Source: an uncultured archaeon
Lineage (GTDB): Archaea; Thermoproteota; Nitrososphaeria; Nitrososphaerales; Gagatemarchaeaceae
NCBI GenBank assembly: GCA_963799775.1
Contig: CAWCYD010000003.1
Coordinates: forward strand, 1,600,001 to 1,664,000
Length of the DNA stretch: 64,000 nucleotides
Direction of reading: 5' to 3'
Made by a program: the position numbers and the translations under genes
Shown: one piece after another, positions 10,714 to 19,851 of the stretch
Layout: each line of letters starts with the position of its first letter
How positions within the stretch are numbered: position 1 is the stretch's first letter
Notes under the pieces: model-generated
Seen by the model: only the letters and a program-made list of their open reading frames with translations
Databases searched by the model: none
What the model was told of the DNA's origin: nothing

Positions 10714-11442
10714 ATGAAGAGGAAAGAAGCTAGCTTCATAGTGATACAAACAGGAATCCTAGTGGCTGTGCTTCTGCTCGTCTCCCTCCCCATACAGTCT
10801 CCATCGCCGCCGCCAAGTCCTCCAAATCCGATGGAAGAAACGTGCGCACAGACCCAGTCTTCAACCGCTCCACCTACCCTCCTAAGTCCTGTCAAAAACG
10901 AGACGACATTATCGAACGGCACGGTCGTCGACGAAACGTACTATCCCGTCCTGCTCCTTCGACCCGATACGACAGGAGCAATCTGCGTCAGGTATACCGA
11001 CCCGCTTTCGAAGGTGTCACAGAACCTTGTCGGAGCTACGTCGCTTTCCACCGGGATATTCGAGGTCAACAAGTCCTCGGGCGGAGGGGGAGAGACGATG
11101 GGGGTGGTTCCGCTCCCTCGAGGTGGCATCCTCAGCATCAGCGCGAGCCCTTCTCTGATCCAAGTCCAACCCGGCAGGAGCGAGGTCATCGCTTACACAT
11201 TGACATCGGGGAATTCGACCGGTGTGTATGAAGCAATGATGCCGCCGTGGGGCTACTGCTGGGGGCTACCGATATTTGTCGGGGGGAGCCCTTCCCAGCT
11301 CAATGCTACGGACTATTCTCAACTCGCTTTCATCACTAACCTGGCATGCTTTCCGCCTGGTGCAAGCAATCTCGTTGTGCTCTCAATCGCTTTCAGTAAC
11401 ATCGCGTTGGAATATGTGAGCCAGCCTGGCAGCAATGATTGA
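10714..11442 (+). CDS. secreted protein, MKRKEASF leader family
   Basis: TTLSNGTVVDE..PVLLLRP..ICVRY similar to 26742-27968. Confidence 0.7.
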   Translation: MKRKEASFIVIQTGILVAVLLLVSLPIQSPSPPPSPPNPMEETCAQTQSSTAPPTLLSPVKNETTLSNGTVVDETYYPVLLLRPDTTGAICVRYTDPLSKVSQNLVGATSLSTGIFEVNKSSGGGGETMGVVPLPRGGILSISASPSLIQVQPGRSEVIAYTLTSGNSTGVYEAMMPPWGYCWGLPIFVGGSPSQLNATDYSQLAFITNLACFPPGASNLVVLSIAFSNIALEYVSQPGSND

Positions 11443-11561
11443 TTCTTCGACTACCCATGGAAGTAGTGGCATCCTCGTAAGGTTCGAAATCATTCTCACG
11501 CCTTGAGCGAGACGTGTTTGATTCCCTGGGGTCAAGGTAGGCGAGGAGTTCACTGTGTTAG

Positions 11562-11573
11562 GGGTTCATTGCG
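11562..11573. repeat. cassette-boundary repeat copy 2 (partial)
   Basis: GGGTTCATTGCG. Confidence 0.55.
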
Positions 11574-11578
11574 GCAAA

Positions 11579-11589
11579 GTTTGGACAAA
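11579..11589 (+). promoter_or_regulatory. palindrome half-site upstream of TATA
   Basis: GTTTGGACAAA followed by TCTATTTAC, before TTG at 11635. Confidence 0.55.
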
Positions 11590-11634
11590 TCTATTTACCG
11601 CGCCGAGTGGAATGACCCTGCAGCGTCTTGGGCC

Positions 11635-12832
11635 TTGCCCAGTCGAAACACTTTCGGTTACGCCGCAATTCTCGCCGCTGCGATAGCGTGTGTTCTTGCC
11701 CTCGACCTTGTGGTCTTCCCCGTCTACCTGCCGCCGGTTGGCCCAAGCCAAACGTCGACGGGCGAGGCTAATGCCCAGCTCGGCTTACGCCTCACCCTCT
11801 CGCTGAACTCTACGAGGGTCGCATTCGGTGGACGCATCCAGATTGGCGTCGAGGAGCGGAACACCCTCTCGCGAGAGTGAACAACGTCACGGCCGCCGAT
11901 GACTGGCCGGCTGTGGGGCTTGACCTGGCCGCCGGGCCGAGGTCGATCTGCCCGGAGAGGGACGACATGGGGATAATCATCTACGAGGGTCCGCTAGACT
12001 TTGGAAACGTGTCCAGCGTGACCGGGGAGCAGATTGCGCCTGAAGGGGGTGCGTCATGCCCTTTTGTGCCGGGAATAATCTACTCGTACCAGTTTCAGGC
12101 CTCGAGCGACAACGCCACGGAGGCGTATGGCTGCAAGCCGGGCGCTTCTAACTCATCCGGGCCCGGCACGTCCTGTAGCTGCGTCCCTAGATCCTGTTCC
12201 CCTTTGGGCGTGAAGCCGGCGTTGACACAGAAGACCCTCGTCGTAAGAGGCTACTATGTCAATTTCACCACCCTCCACGCTTTTGCACCTGGTGAGTACT
12301 CGTGGTCGCGGGAGACGAATGGGGCGACGTCGCAATAGCTCACTTCACGGTCACGAGCCCGGGCTGCAAGACCTTGGACGATTCGCTGCCGTTTCCGGCA
12401 CTCCAGGAGAGAACCATCGGGGTCATCAACGAGCCAGGGGCCTGGGCATTCACTGCGAGTCTGGACAGCGCGGTGGGCTTTTTTGGAAGGAACGTGACAA
12501 TAAGCGCCAGCCTGGTGAACGTTGGGAACACATCTGAGAAGATCGAGCTCGTGGTTCCCATAATCGCACGTCTTCAGGTGCTCCGGAGTGATGGGAGCGC
12601 GGCTTGGACCTACGCCGCTCCATCACCCTTTCCATTACCCTTTTCGCCTAGTCTCTCCCTGGAGGATGTCACTCCCGACCAGCGGTTCAGCGATTCGGTT
12701 GGAATCCCCACCTCGCAGTTGCAACTCGGACAGAACTATACCGTGGTGGTTAGCCCGACATTCTTCGCCTCGCCGCCGTCAGCTCCCATCTCCTCCGGCT
12801 TGGGAATCACCTTCCCGCTGATGATCTGTTAA
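11635..12832 (+). CDS. secreted 'GDEWG' family protein with extra C-terminal domain (two apparent frameshifts)
   Basis: GLRLTLSLNST / NNVTAADDWP / VAGDEWG spread over three frames. Confidence 0.65.
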
Positions 12833-12851
12833 GGGTTCATTGCTCCTCCGC
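12833..12851. repeat. cassette-boundary repeat copy 3
   Basis: GGGTTCATTGCTCCTCCGC immediately after stop codon at 12832. Confidence 0.75.
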
Positions 12852-12902
12852 TTGCGCGTTTCATCCGCACGTTGGACTACAGTTATGGCTTGGGCATAAT
12901 CC

Positions 12903-13852
12903 TTAGGCGGACTTGGACACTGGCCCAACCACCCATACTACAAAGGAAGCTGAACAGTAGACCTCACCGTTCGAAGGCTCGACCATGAGTACGCCAAAGA
13001 TGTTCCCCACGATTGGATCACGAATCGTCGCGATCGGCGTGTTCGTGCTACCCGATATGACCACGATTGAAGACACAATTGTGGAGTTAGTCCGCTCGCT
13101 CGTCGATACGTAAAGATCTCCTGTGGCATTGTCGAACGCGAGGGCTGAGGGCGAGCCACCGAGTGCTATCGTCCCGTCGGCAGAATTGGTCGAACCTGAG
13201 ATGACAAAGATGCTGTCGTCATACATCGTGCTCAGGACATAGATGTTGCCGTTCGACGGATCCAGCACTGGTGTCTTGGGCGCGTACCCGACCGTAAGGT
13301 TGGCGATGACAGAGTTGGTTTGACCGGAAACCACAGAGACAAAACCGCGTGTCCAGCCGATACAACCATTGCAAGTAGGGAAGCCCGCACCATAGTCTGG
13401 CACGTAGATATCTCCGTTAAGAGGGTCGAATAATGGCGTAGCAGGATTTAGACCTACTTGCAAATCGGCAACTATCTCGTTTGTGGATCCTGATATCACT
13501 GATAGAGTGCCCCCGGGCGAAACACCGCGATTGGAACTGTTACCGAGATGAGGCACGTAGATGTCACCATTCGTCGGGTCGAGTGTAGGGGTGGCGTCTT
13601 CCTGGCCGAGCTGCATGGTTGAGACAAGTGCATTAGTCGTCCCAGATATTATTGAGATGGCATTGACGTCGGGCACATACAGGTCACCGTTGAGCGGATC
13701 AAACAACGGAGTCAAGGGCTCGATGCCAACTTCAATCCTGGCGCCGTCAACTCGTAGAGACCTGTCGCTGCGACCACGATGAGCAGAGTGCAAACGAACG
13801 CGAGAGATGCTGATTGTATGGCATGCCTGTGACGCTTCGCTAGCCAATCCAA
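12903..13852 (-). CDS. YVTN beta-propeller surface protein (frameshift near 13740)
   Basis: P.FDP.NGDIYVP repeats; signal peptide MDWLAKRHRHAIQSASLAFVCTLLIVV in another frame. Confidence 0.75.
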
Positions 13853-13928
13853 GACCCTCTACACGTTCGAGCGTAATGGTCTGCGGGTCTATTTCAAGTC
13901 GCCGAATCAATCCTTCGGGTCAGCGTCC

Positions 13929-13982
13929 GCTAGCCGGCTGAAAATGCGAGCGTTCGCCGAACAAAGGGTTCATTGCGCCTCC
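13929..13982. repeat. cassette-boundary repeat copy 4 with left arm
   Basis: GCTAG..GAAAATGCGAGCGTTCGCCGAACAAA-GGGTTCATTGCGCCTCC (core 13966-13982). Confidence 0.85.
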
Positions 13983-13996
13983 CGATTCTATTCGCC

Positions 13997-14665
13997 TTAG
14001 GGGGTGAAGGCGCCCAGGAACGCGAGACATCCGTAGTCTGTCCCATTGACGGTCTCCGTGGTGTATCCTATGCAACCATACACGCTCTGTCCCACTACCG
14101 GGGCTTTCACTCCGCCGAATTTCTGGGAGAAGATGGCCGTGAAGTTCGTGATGGTCCCAGTTGCTGTAATACTGGAGATGTAATACGAGGGAGAGCTCGT
14201 GCAGCTCGTGGCGGCACCACCACCGAAATTGTTCCCCGAACCGTAGGTCAGATCGACGCAATCCAGGCCCTTGTCGAGAGTAGTGCCGATGTCCGATGGC
14301 TGGTCTATGTTCGTGATTAGAAAGGTGCAGGTGTCGTTGCTGATACTGCACCCGGTTAGGTCAACACCCTTGGTCGGGCCGATGAACTCGTTGGAGAATT
14401 CGCCCGCGCCCGTTGGCTGCGAGGTCGTCGTTGTCACAATCGTGCTCGTCAGGTAGCTCGTCTGGAACAGGGTGGTTGTGGAGGTGGACGTCTCGGTGCG
14501 GACTGTGGAGGTGCCTGCAAAATATCCAACGCCAAGGCTCACCACTAGGAGGACTGTCACTGAAAGTGCAAGTAACTCGCGCTTCAACTCGAATCGAGAG
14601 AGGCCCGCCTTCCTATTGAAGGCTAGGGAGGAATCCTCTCGCGCGTGGGGGCAAATTGCCGCCAT
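13997..14665 (-). CDS. secreted Thr-rich, Cys-containing protein
   Basis: TM LLALSVTVLLVVSLGVGYF, Thr linker; true start probably near 14620. Confidence 0.7.
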   Translation of the reverse strand: MAAICPHAREDSSLAFNRKAGLSRFELKRELLALSVTVLLVVSLGVGYFAGTSTVRTETSTSTTTLFQTSYLTSTIVTTTTSQPTGAGEFSNEFIGPTKGVDLTGCSISNDTCTFLITNIDQPSDIGTTLDKGLDCVDLTYGSGNNFGGGAATSCTSSPSYYISSITATGTITNFTAIFSQKFGGVKAPVVGQSVYGCIGYTTETVNGTDYGCLAFLGAFTP

Positions 14666-14671
14666 GCATAT

Positions 14672-14693
14672 GGGTTCATTGCGCCTCCGTCGG
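14672..14693. repeat. cassette-boundary repeat copy 5
   Basis: GGGTTCATTGCGCCTCCGTCGG, 8 nt from stop at 14702. Confidence 0.85.
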
Positions 14694-14701
14694 GGATTGC
14701 G

Positions 14702-15781
14702 CTAGGGGCAGGTCGATGACAAGTAAGCAATCGTGACGTTCGTCCTCCCTGAAGGAAGATATAGGCTCGCGCACGTCGTCGAGAGCGGGGAAAGGCCCGC
14801 CGTCAACGTGTAGCTCTGGCCTGAGTATTTGACGAGGATTGAATATCCCCCGATGTTGTAGGTTCCCAATGAGTACCACTCTCGGCCTCCTGATGTAGTG
14901 AAGTATTGGGACTGTGGCTGACCGCATGGCTGTCCATTGACCGAGTCGGGGTGGGTGGTCGCATTCACCATCGCTCCCACCACAGGCGTCTGGTTCGAGT
15001 CCCAGATGACTCGGAGGTCGAAGCCGTCGGCCTGGCCTGTGATGACGCACTGCTCTGATGTCGAGGTCGTCTGCAGTGGAGACGTGGAGGAGGAGGATTC
15101 GGGAGTCGTACCGGGACCCAGTGTGAAGTTGGCTTCCAGCACTGAAGCCGAGCCCGTGCCGTCACCCGCGGCCAAGCTATAGTTCCCCGCTGTCACTGCG
15201 CCCATCCCCACCGTGACTACGCCTCCACTTTCGCCCGGCGCGGCAGTGTTCCAATCGGTTTCGCACGAGTCTCCAGTCGGAGACGGCGTCCCCGGCGCTC
15301 CCAGGGCGATGCATGGAGCCGTCTGGAGGACTAGGCTTCCAGTTGAGTTGGTAATCGTGAATGCCACCGTGTCGCTGTCGTAGAGTGATGCCGCCAAGCA
15401 GACGTCATCCCCGACCTTTGCGTTGGTAGAGACGTACAGCATCCCCTGCGAGTTCGAAGCCACCAGAGCGCAATCGCAGCCTGGCCATCCGGTCTCAGTG
15501 ACGGTGTAGGACGAGTTGCCTGTGTGGCCGGGGGAAGGAGCGCACTCTGACGAACTGACAGATTGAGACGAATTGGACCCAGTGAGGAACGTGCTTGTCG
15601 ACTGTGAGGTGGACGGAGAGGAGCTGATGGTGCTCGCCGGCCCGCCCGGATTAGTGTACGAGAAGTAGGAGTAAGTTGCCCCGGCGACCACGATCGCTGT
15701 AATCACCAGGAGGACCATGGCTGTCCGCTGGATTGCTACTCTTCGAGGCAACGCGCAATCGCTCTTTTCTTGAGGCGTCAT
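14702..15781 (-). CDS. secreted two-domain Ser/Thr-rich protein
   Basis: N-terminal TM, paired Cys; likely start TTG at 15751. Confidence 0.7.
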   Translation of the reverse strand: MTPQEKSDCALPRRVAIQRTAMVLLVITAIVVAGATYSYFSYTNPGGPASTISSSPSTSQSTSTFLTGSNSSQSVSSSECAPSPGHTGNSSYTVTETGWPGCDCALVASNSQGMLYVSTNAKVGDDVCLAASLYDSDTVAFTITNSTGSLVLQTAPCIALGAPGTPSPTGDSCETDWNTAAPGESGGVVTVGMGAVTAGNYSLAAGDGTGSASVLEANFTLGPGTTPESSSSTSPLQTTSTSEQCVITGQADGFDLRVIWDSNQTPVVGAMVNATTHPDSVNGQPCGQPQSQYFTTSGGREWYSLGTYNIGGYSILVKYSGQSYTLTAGLSPLSTTCASLYLPSGRTNVTIAYLSSTCP

Positions 15782-15789
15782 TCGTGATA

Positions 15790-15875
15790 TACTTTTGTCC
15801 GAACGTTACAGCTCACGCTAGCTTATCGAAAATGCGGGCATTCGCCGAGCATAGGGTTCATCGCGCCTCCGCCGG
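15790..15875. repeat. promoter half-site + left arm + repeat copy 6
   Basis: TTTGTCCGAAC 15794-15804; core GGGTTCATCGCGCCTCCGCCGG 15854-15875; block aligns with 17398-17483. Confidence 0.85.
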
Positions 15876-15879
15876 AGAT

Positions 15880-16341
15880 TCACGACGGTCTCGCAGCGAT
15901 GCCGTCTGCACAAATCTGTGAGTGAGGCGCAGGGTCGCTCGAACCCGAATGCACGCCCGACTCAGGGCTTCCCCGTCTTTGGTAGAGGAAGATGGCTCCC
16001 AGAGCAAGAGCGAAGCCAACAAGCCAGACGAGGATAATCCCAGGTCCCACAGGGACGTGGAGGAGCCCGAAGAGCTCGGGCGAGCAACGCCCACCGATCC
16101 CGGTAACGAGACTCGTGCTCGTGTAGTTGGCCGGGTAGGTACCCGAAACAGTCCCTCTGCCGACGGTGCTCGACCAAACGCAGACGTACCCGAACGAGGT
16201 CGTGACGGTGGTCGTCCCCGTGATGGTCCCGGCCACGGGAAAGAAATCGACGACCCCTCTCGGGGCGAGGCTCATCACGAAGAGCACGTAGAGCACGGCG
16301 AAGACGGCCACGACGATGCTTAGGCTGGGAAGGAGCCTCAA
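15880..16341 (-). CDS. small two-TM membrane protein
   Basis: N- and C-terminal hydrophobic helices around a Thr-rich loop. Confidence 0.65.
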   Translation of the reverse strand: MRLLPSLSIVVAVFAVLYVLFVMSLAPRGVVDFFPVAGTITGTTTVTTSFGYVCVWSSTVGRGTVSGTYPANYTSTSLVTGIGGRCSPELFGLLHVPVGPGIILVWLVGFALALGAIFLYQRRGSPESGVHSGSSDPAPHSQICADGIAARPS

Positions 16342-16422
16342 GTGTCAGCTTCTATGTTCTAGAGAACCTCCAGGGCTTTATCCCATTCGTCGCAGTCACA
16401 GTGGTAATGGTGGGCTTTCCTC

Positions 16423-17361
16423 CTATGAGAGGACGGTAATCTCGAGCAGGACATTCATGTCGCACGTGAAGAAGAACTGCAGAGTCACACTTCCGTTGAA
16501 GAGGGAGACTGGTCCCTGACCGAAGTCGGGAGGCCAGCTCTGGCCATTCCAAGCTCCAAGGTTGGTGTAATTTGCAACCTGTGTCGTTTGCCCGTTTGAG
16601 ACGTGCAGAAAGACCTGAGGCCAAAGGTAGACGACCTGAGGAGTGTTGGAGTAGGCGACCGCCCTGACCGCGTACCCTCCCACGCTTACCGACGTGCCAT
16701 TCCATTGCCAAGAGTTGAACTGGGCAGTCACGTTGAGGACTGAGACAGCCTTGGTTGTGGAACTCGAGTTGGAAGGCGCTTGGCCCGAATAGCAGGTTGA
16801 GGTTTGGACCGTGCTGCTTGGGGGAACAATCTGAACCTGCACCGTATAGGAGAACTGCGTTCCGTTCACGAGGGTTCCACTGATCGTAAGAGGATATTCG
16901 AGGCTGCTGTCAATTGAATAGCCGATCAAAGTACGCGTTTCCTGGATGCTTTGGCCAAGCAGGAGGGGATTCGACGAGTTCACGTTGAACACGAAGGATT
17001 ACGGGACGGACGGTCCTCCGGGAAGCCTTGGTAGGGTCGCGTTCAGAGAGGTGATTGGAGTCTCGCCCGTATTCTTCAAGGATATGCTGATTACCGGCCC
17101 TCCCGGATTGGGGGGCGGGATCGGACCCGTTACCGAAACGACCTGGACGGGGCCATTGGATGTAGTCACCGTCTGGGTATTGTTCTCAGAGACATTCGTG
17201 ACTGTTCCAGAAGTGGTCGTCTCACAGCAGAGAATTGTGGTCTGAGAAGTCGCGGAAGGTGATGACGTCACGGCAAGGTAACCCGCTGCAACAGCGGCCA
17301 CGATTATGACGGCCACGAAAGCGACTGCGGCCCCCGCAACTGCTTTCCGGTTCCGAGCCAT
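16423..17361 (-). CDS. secreted protein interrupted by in-frame TAA at 16999-17001
   Basis: MARNRKAVAG leader; the two ORF halves are in the same frame. Confidence 0.6.
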
Positions 17362-17397
17362 GCAAAGTCGATGATGAACACGCCAACGCGCCATTAG

Positions 17398-17483
17398 TAC
17401 TTTTGTCCGAACGCTCCAGCTCTAGCTGGATTCGAGAAAATGCGGGCTGGACCATGCATAAGGGTTCAGTGCGCCTTCGCCGG
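17398..17483. repeat. promoter half-site + left arm + repeat copy 7
   Basis: TTTGTCCGAAC 17402-17412; core GGGTTCAGTGCGCCTTCGCCGG 17462-17483. Confidence 0.85.
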
Positions 17484-17561
17484 TGAAAGTTCCAGAAGGC
17501 GTATCTATCCCGGGAGCAGGCAAAGCGGTGATGCTGATGGTAGGATCTCGACTTTCATTGG

Positions 17562-18071
17562 ATGGCTAGGGTCTCAACTTTGGAACTTACCCTTCAGGAT
17601 TACTTGGTCTGGCTGAAGAGACTCTCCGTATTGGGGATGTTCGGTGGTTACATCATCGGAAGACTGCCTCCCCCGCCCCTCACGTGCAACAATCCTCAGG
17701 TAATCAACGGACAACCTTTCTGCATGTATAGTGGGCCCGTCATCCCGCCCATAACCGCTGTCGTAGGAATCCCGATGCTCTTGCTCTCGGCTTTCGGGCT
17801 TGCCTCCTTCTTCCTGATCAGGCAGATCGCCCCCGGCGAAACGGGAGGTGCGATGAGCAGTATCTGGCTCGTGCTTGCCGTGGCTATCATGCTGCCGCTT
17901 ACGGTATTCACTTACGAGGAACAGGCGACACTCGCGTGGTTCGGGACACCGCTCACACCGCTGACTGTGGGAATCGGAGTACCAATCATTGCTTGCTCGG
18001 TCTTCAGGTTCGTCAGGCCCTACAAGGTCAAGTGGACACCCGAAGCTAACGAGAGTGAACTATTCGCCTAG
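17562..18071 (+). CDS. hypothetical multi-TM membrane protein
   Basis: about four hydrophobic segments, Cys-bounded loop. Confidence 0.6.
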   Translation: MARVSTLELTLQDYLVWLKRLSVLGMFGGYIIGRLPPPPLTCNNPQVINGQPFCMYSGPVIPPITAVVGIPMLLLSAFGLASFFLIRQIAPGETGGAMSSIWLVLAVAIMLPLTVFTYEEQATLAWFGTPLTPLTVGIGVPIIACSVFRFVRPYKVKWTPEANESELFA

Positions 18072-18113
18072 GTCTCTCTCGTCGCTTGCTTGTGGCAGCC
18101 TTCGTCGTGAAAT

Positions 18114-18135
18114 GGGTTCATTGCGCCTCCGCCGG
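18114..18135. repeat. cassette-boundary repeat copy 8 (consensus)
   Basis: GGGTTCATTGCGCCTCCGCCGG. Confidence 0.9.
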
Positions 18136-18171
18136 GCATTTCATTCACTCGTTGGGCAAACGGTTCTCCCA

Positions 18172-18402
18172 TCAATCGAGCAAGTCTAGGAATTGCTCAA
18201 CGGTAAATCCAGCCTCACTGATTATCGCTCTTAGGGTTCCTCGGGGAATCTCATCATAGTTCGGAATGGCAATCCTGCGATGGGGCGGCTCTTCGCGCCT
18301 GAGAACTATGTGGCTTCCCTTTTGATGGTCGAACCTGTAGCCAATCTTCGATAATGCTTTGACGACTTCCTTTGCCGAAAGAATCGGAAGCTTCCTAGGC
18401 AT
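18172..18402 (-). CDS. hicA: HicA-family toxin
   Basis: LPILSAKEVVKAL..GY..HQKGSH..IP...EIPRGTL. Confidence 0.9.
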   Translation of the reverse strand: MPRKLPILSAKEVVKALSKIGYRFDHQKGSHIVLRREEPPHRRIAIPNYDEIPRGTLRAIISEAGFTVEQFLDLLD

Positions 18403-18634
18403 TCATTTCAACTGTCACGATTTCCTCGTTTATCGGAGGCGGAACAGGCTCGTTATGCTTCTGCAAGCTTTCGATGTAAGCTTGGATTGCCTCTTTGATG
18501 TTCTTCAGTGCCTCGGCCCTCGTCGACCCGGAAGAGATGCAGCCTGGCAGCTCGGGGACTCTCGCAGTGAACTTGCCATCCTCGTCCTGTTCGATCAGGG
18601 TCCGATACCGCAGTTTGAGTTTCCGCGAAGCCAT
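18395..18634 (-). CDS. hicB: HicB-family antitoxin (short)
   Basis: DEDGKFTARVPELPGCISSGSTRAEALKNIKEAI. Confidence 0.9.
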   Translation of the reverse strand: MASRKLKLRYRTLIEQDEDGKFTARVPELPGCISSGSTRAEALKNIKEAIQAYIESLQKHNEPVPPPINEEIVTVEMNA

Positions 18635-18726
18635 GCGGAGGAACGGAGCTCTGTCGCTCGATATAACTATCTCGGCGGTCGGTGTGGAGTGACCAAGACG
18701 AGGGAAGCTTAGCCGCCGTGCTAAGA

Positions 18727-18748
18727 AGGTTCATTGCGCCTCCGCCGG
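18727..18748. repeat. cassette-boundary repeat copy 9
   Basis: AGGTTCATTGCGCCTCCGCCGG. Confidence 0.88.
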
Positions 18749-18786
18749 GGCGCTGATTGCTTGACCCTCACGAGTTCGAGCCTTTC

Positions 18787-19752
18787 TCATCCGCCGACCA
18801 AGCCGACGCCCGGCGGTCGCTGCACAACCGGTCCGTCGGTCCTTTCAAGATCGTCGAAGAGGTTGAGCAGCATCCTTCCCATGGGTGTCACCTCGTAGAG
18901 CCTGACCGTCCCGTAGGCCGACTGCTCCCTGACGAAGCCGTACTTGTTGAGCGTCTGCATGTGCCTGTCCACGGTCTTCCAGTCGACCCCCAGTTCCTCT
19001 GCCAATTGGAGCCTGTCCTTGGGGGTGCTCAGCGTGTTGAGGAGCCTGATCCTGGTGGCCCCGCCCTTCATCTTCATGAAGAGCTCGAAGACGTCCGACC
19101 CGAACCCCATCTCGCTGTATCGCGCCCTCACCCGGCCCCTCCAGACCCAGGCCCCGCCCACGAGGACCCACGTCACGGGGGCCACGAAGAGCGAGGCGGA
19201 TTGCACCTCCCTCAAGAGCGATGCGCCTTCGGTGGTTGAGATGGCGGCGAGAGCAGCCGAGTTCTGGGAACTGGTGGTCGCGCCGCCGAAAGTGTAGCCG
19301 GCCCCGCCGGTAGAGGTCGAGACGGCTCCTGCTGCGGAGGAAGCTGTGACCGTCGTTACCGGCCCCGCCGGGGCGTTTACAACAGCGGTGGTCGTGGATG
19401 TGGAGGTAATCGTTGACGTCGCAGTTGTCGTGATACTCGAGGTCACGACGGTCGTGGTTGACTCGGTAGCTGGGCTGGACACTGTGCTCGATAGAGCAGA
19501 GGAACCCCCGGCCGACTGCCCGGCGGCGGTCGAGGTCGCTGTCGAGACCGAAGAGCTTGCTTTGGTCGATGAAGCCTGCGCCGCGGCTGAGGATGAGATG
19601 CTTGAGGACGATGTGGGCGCTTCGGAATTCGAGGCCGCGGAATTCAGTGCCGGGACGGCGGATTGAGAAGTGACAAGACCCCACCCTGCCAGTAATGAGG
19701 TCCCTGCCGCAACGAATAGCAAAGCGGCGAAGGCGGCCGCAAACTTGTTCAA
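18787..19752 (-). CDS. membrane-tethered ArsR-like wHTH transcriptional regulator
   Basis: signal/TM, ~150 aa Ser/Thr linker, second TM, then KGGATRIRLL..QLAEELGVDWKTVDRHMQTL..YEVTPMG. Confidence 0.8.
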   Translation of the reverse strand: MNKFAAAFAALLFVAAGTSLLAGWGLVTSQSAVPALNSAASNSEAPTSSSSISSSAAAQASSTKASSSVSTATSTAAGQSAGGSSALSSTVSSPATESTTTVVTSSITTTATSTITSTSTTTAVVNAPAGPVTTVTASSAAGAVSTSTGGAGYTFGGATTSSQNSAALAAISTTEGASLLREVQSASLFVAPVTWVLVGGAWVWRGRVRARYSEMGFGSDVFELFMKMKGGATRIRLLNTLSTPKDRLQLAEELGVDWKTVDRHMQTLNKYGFVREQSAYGTVRLYEVTPMGRMLLNLFDDLERTDGPVVQRPPGVGLVGG

Positions 19753-19796
19753 TCTAACAGCAGATAGGAAAAAATCGCCTGGTCACCATAAATAGT

Positions 19797-19818
19797 TTTG
19801 TCCGAACGTTCGGACAAA
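19797..19818. promoter_or_regulatory. perfect 22-bp palindrome between divergent promoters
   Basis: TTTGTCCGAAC-GTTCGGACAAA. Confidence 0.8.
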
Positions 19819-19851
19819 CCCTCATCTCGACACAGGTCGCTATTGCCGGTC

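Noticed and set aside
13920-15875. Repeat as RBS plus start of a conserved peptide (GGAGG-CGCA-ATGAACCC on - strand)
   Set aside because: Downstream frames are short, differ between copies, and the ATG is lost in copy 7.
8655-18748. CRISPR array interpretation of the 22-bp repeat
   Set aside because: Intervals are 0.6-2.9 kb and contain whole genes; no cas genes in the window.
8655-18748. Classical integron attC sites or Xer/dif sites
   Set aside because: No RYYYAAC..GTTRRRY inverted ends, no 11-6-11 dif-like palindrome and no intI-like ORF.
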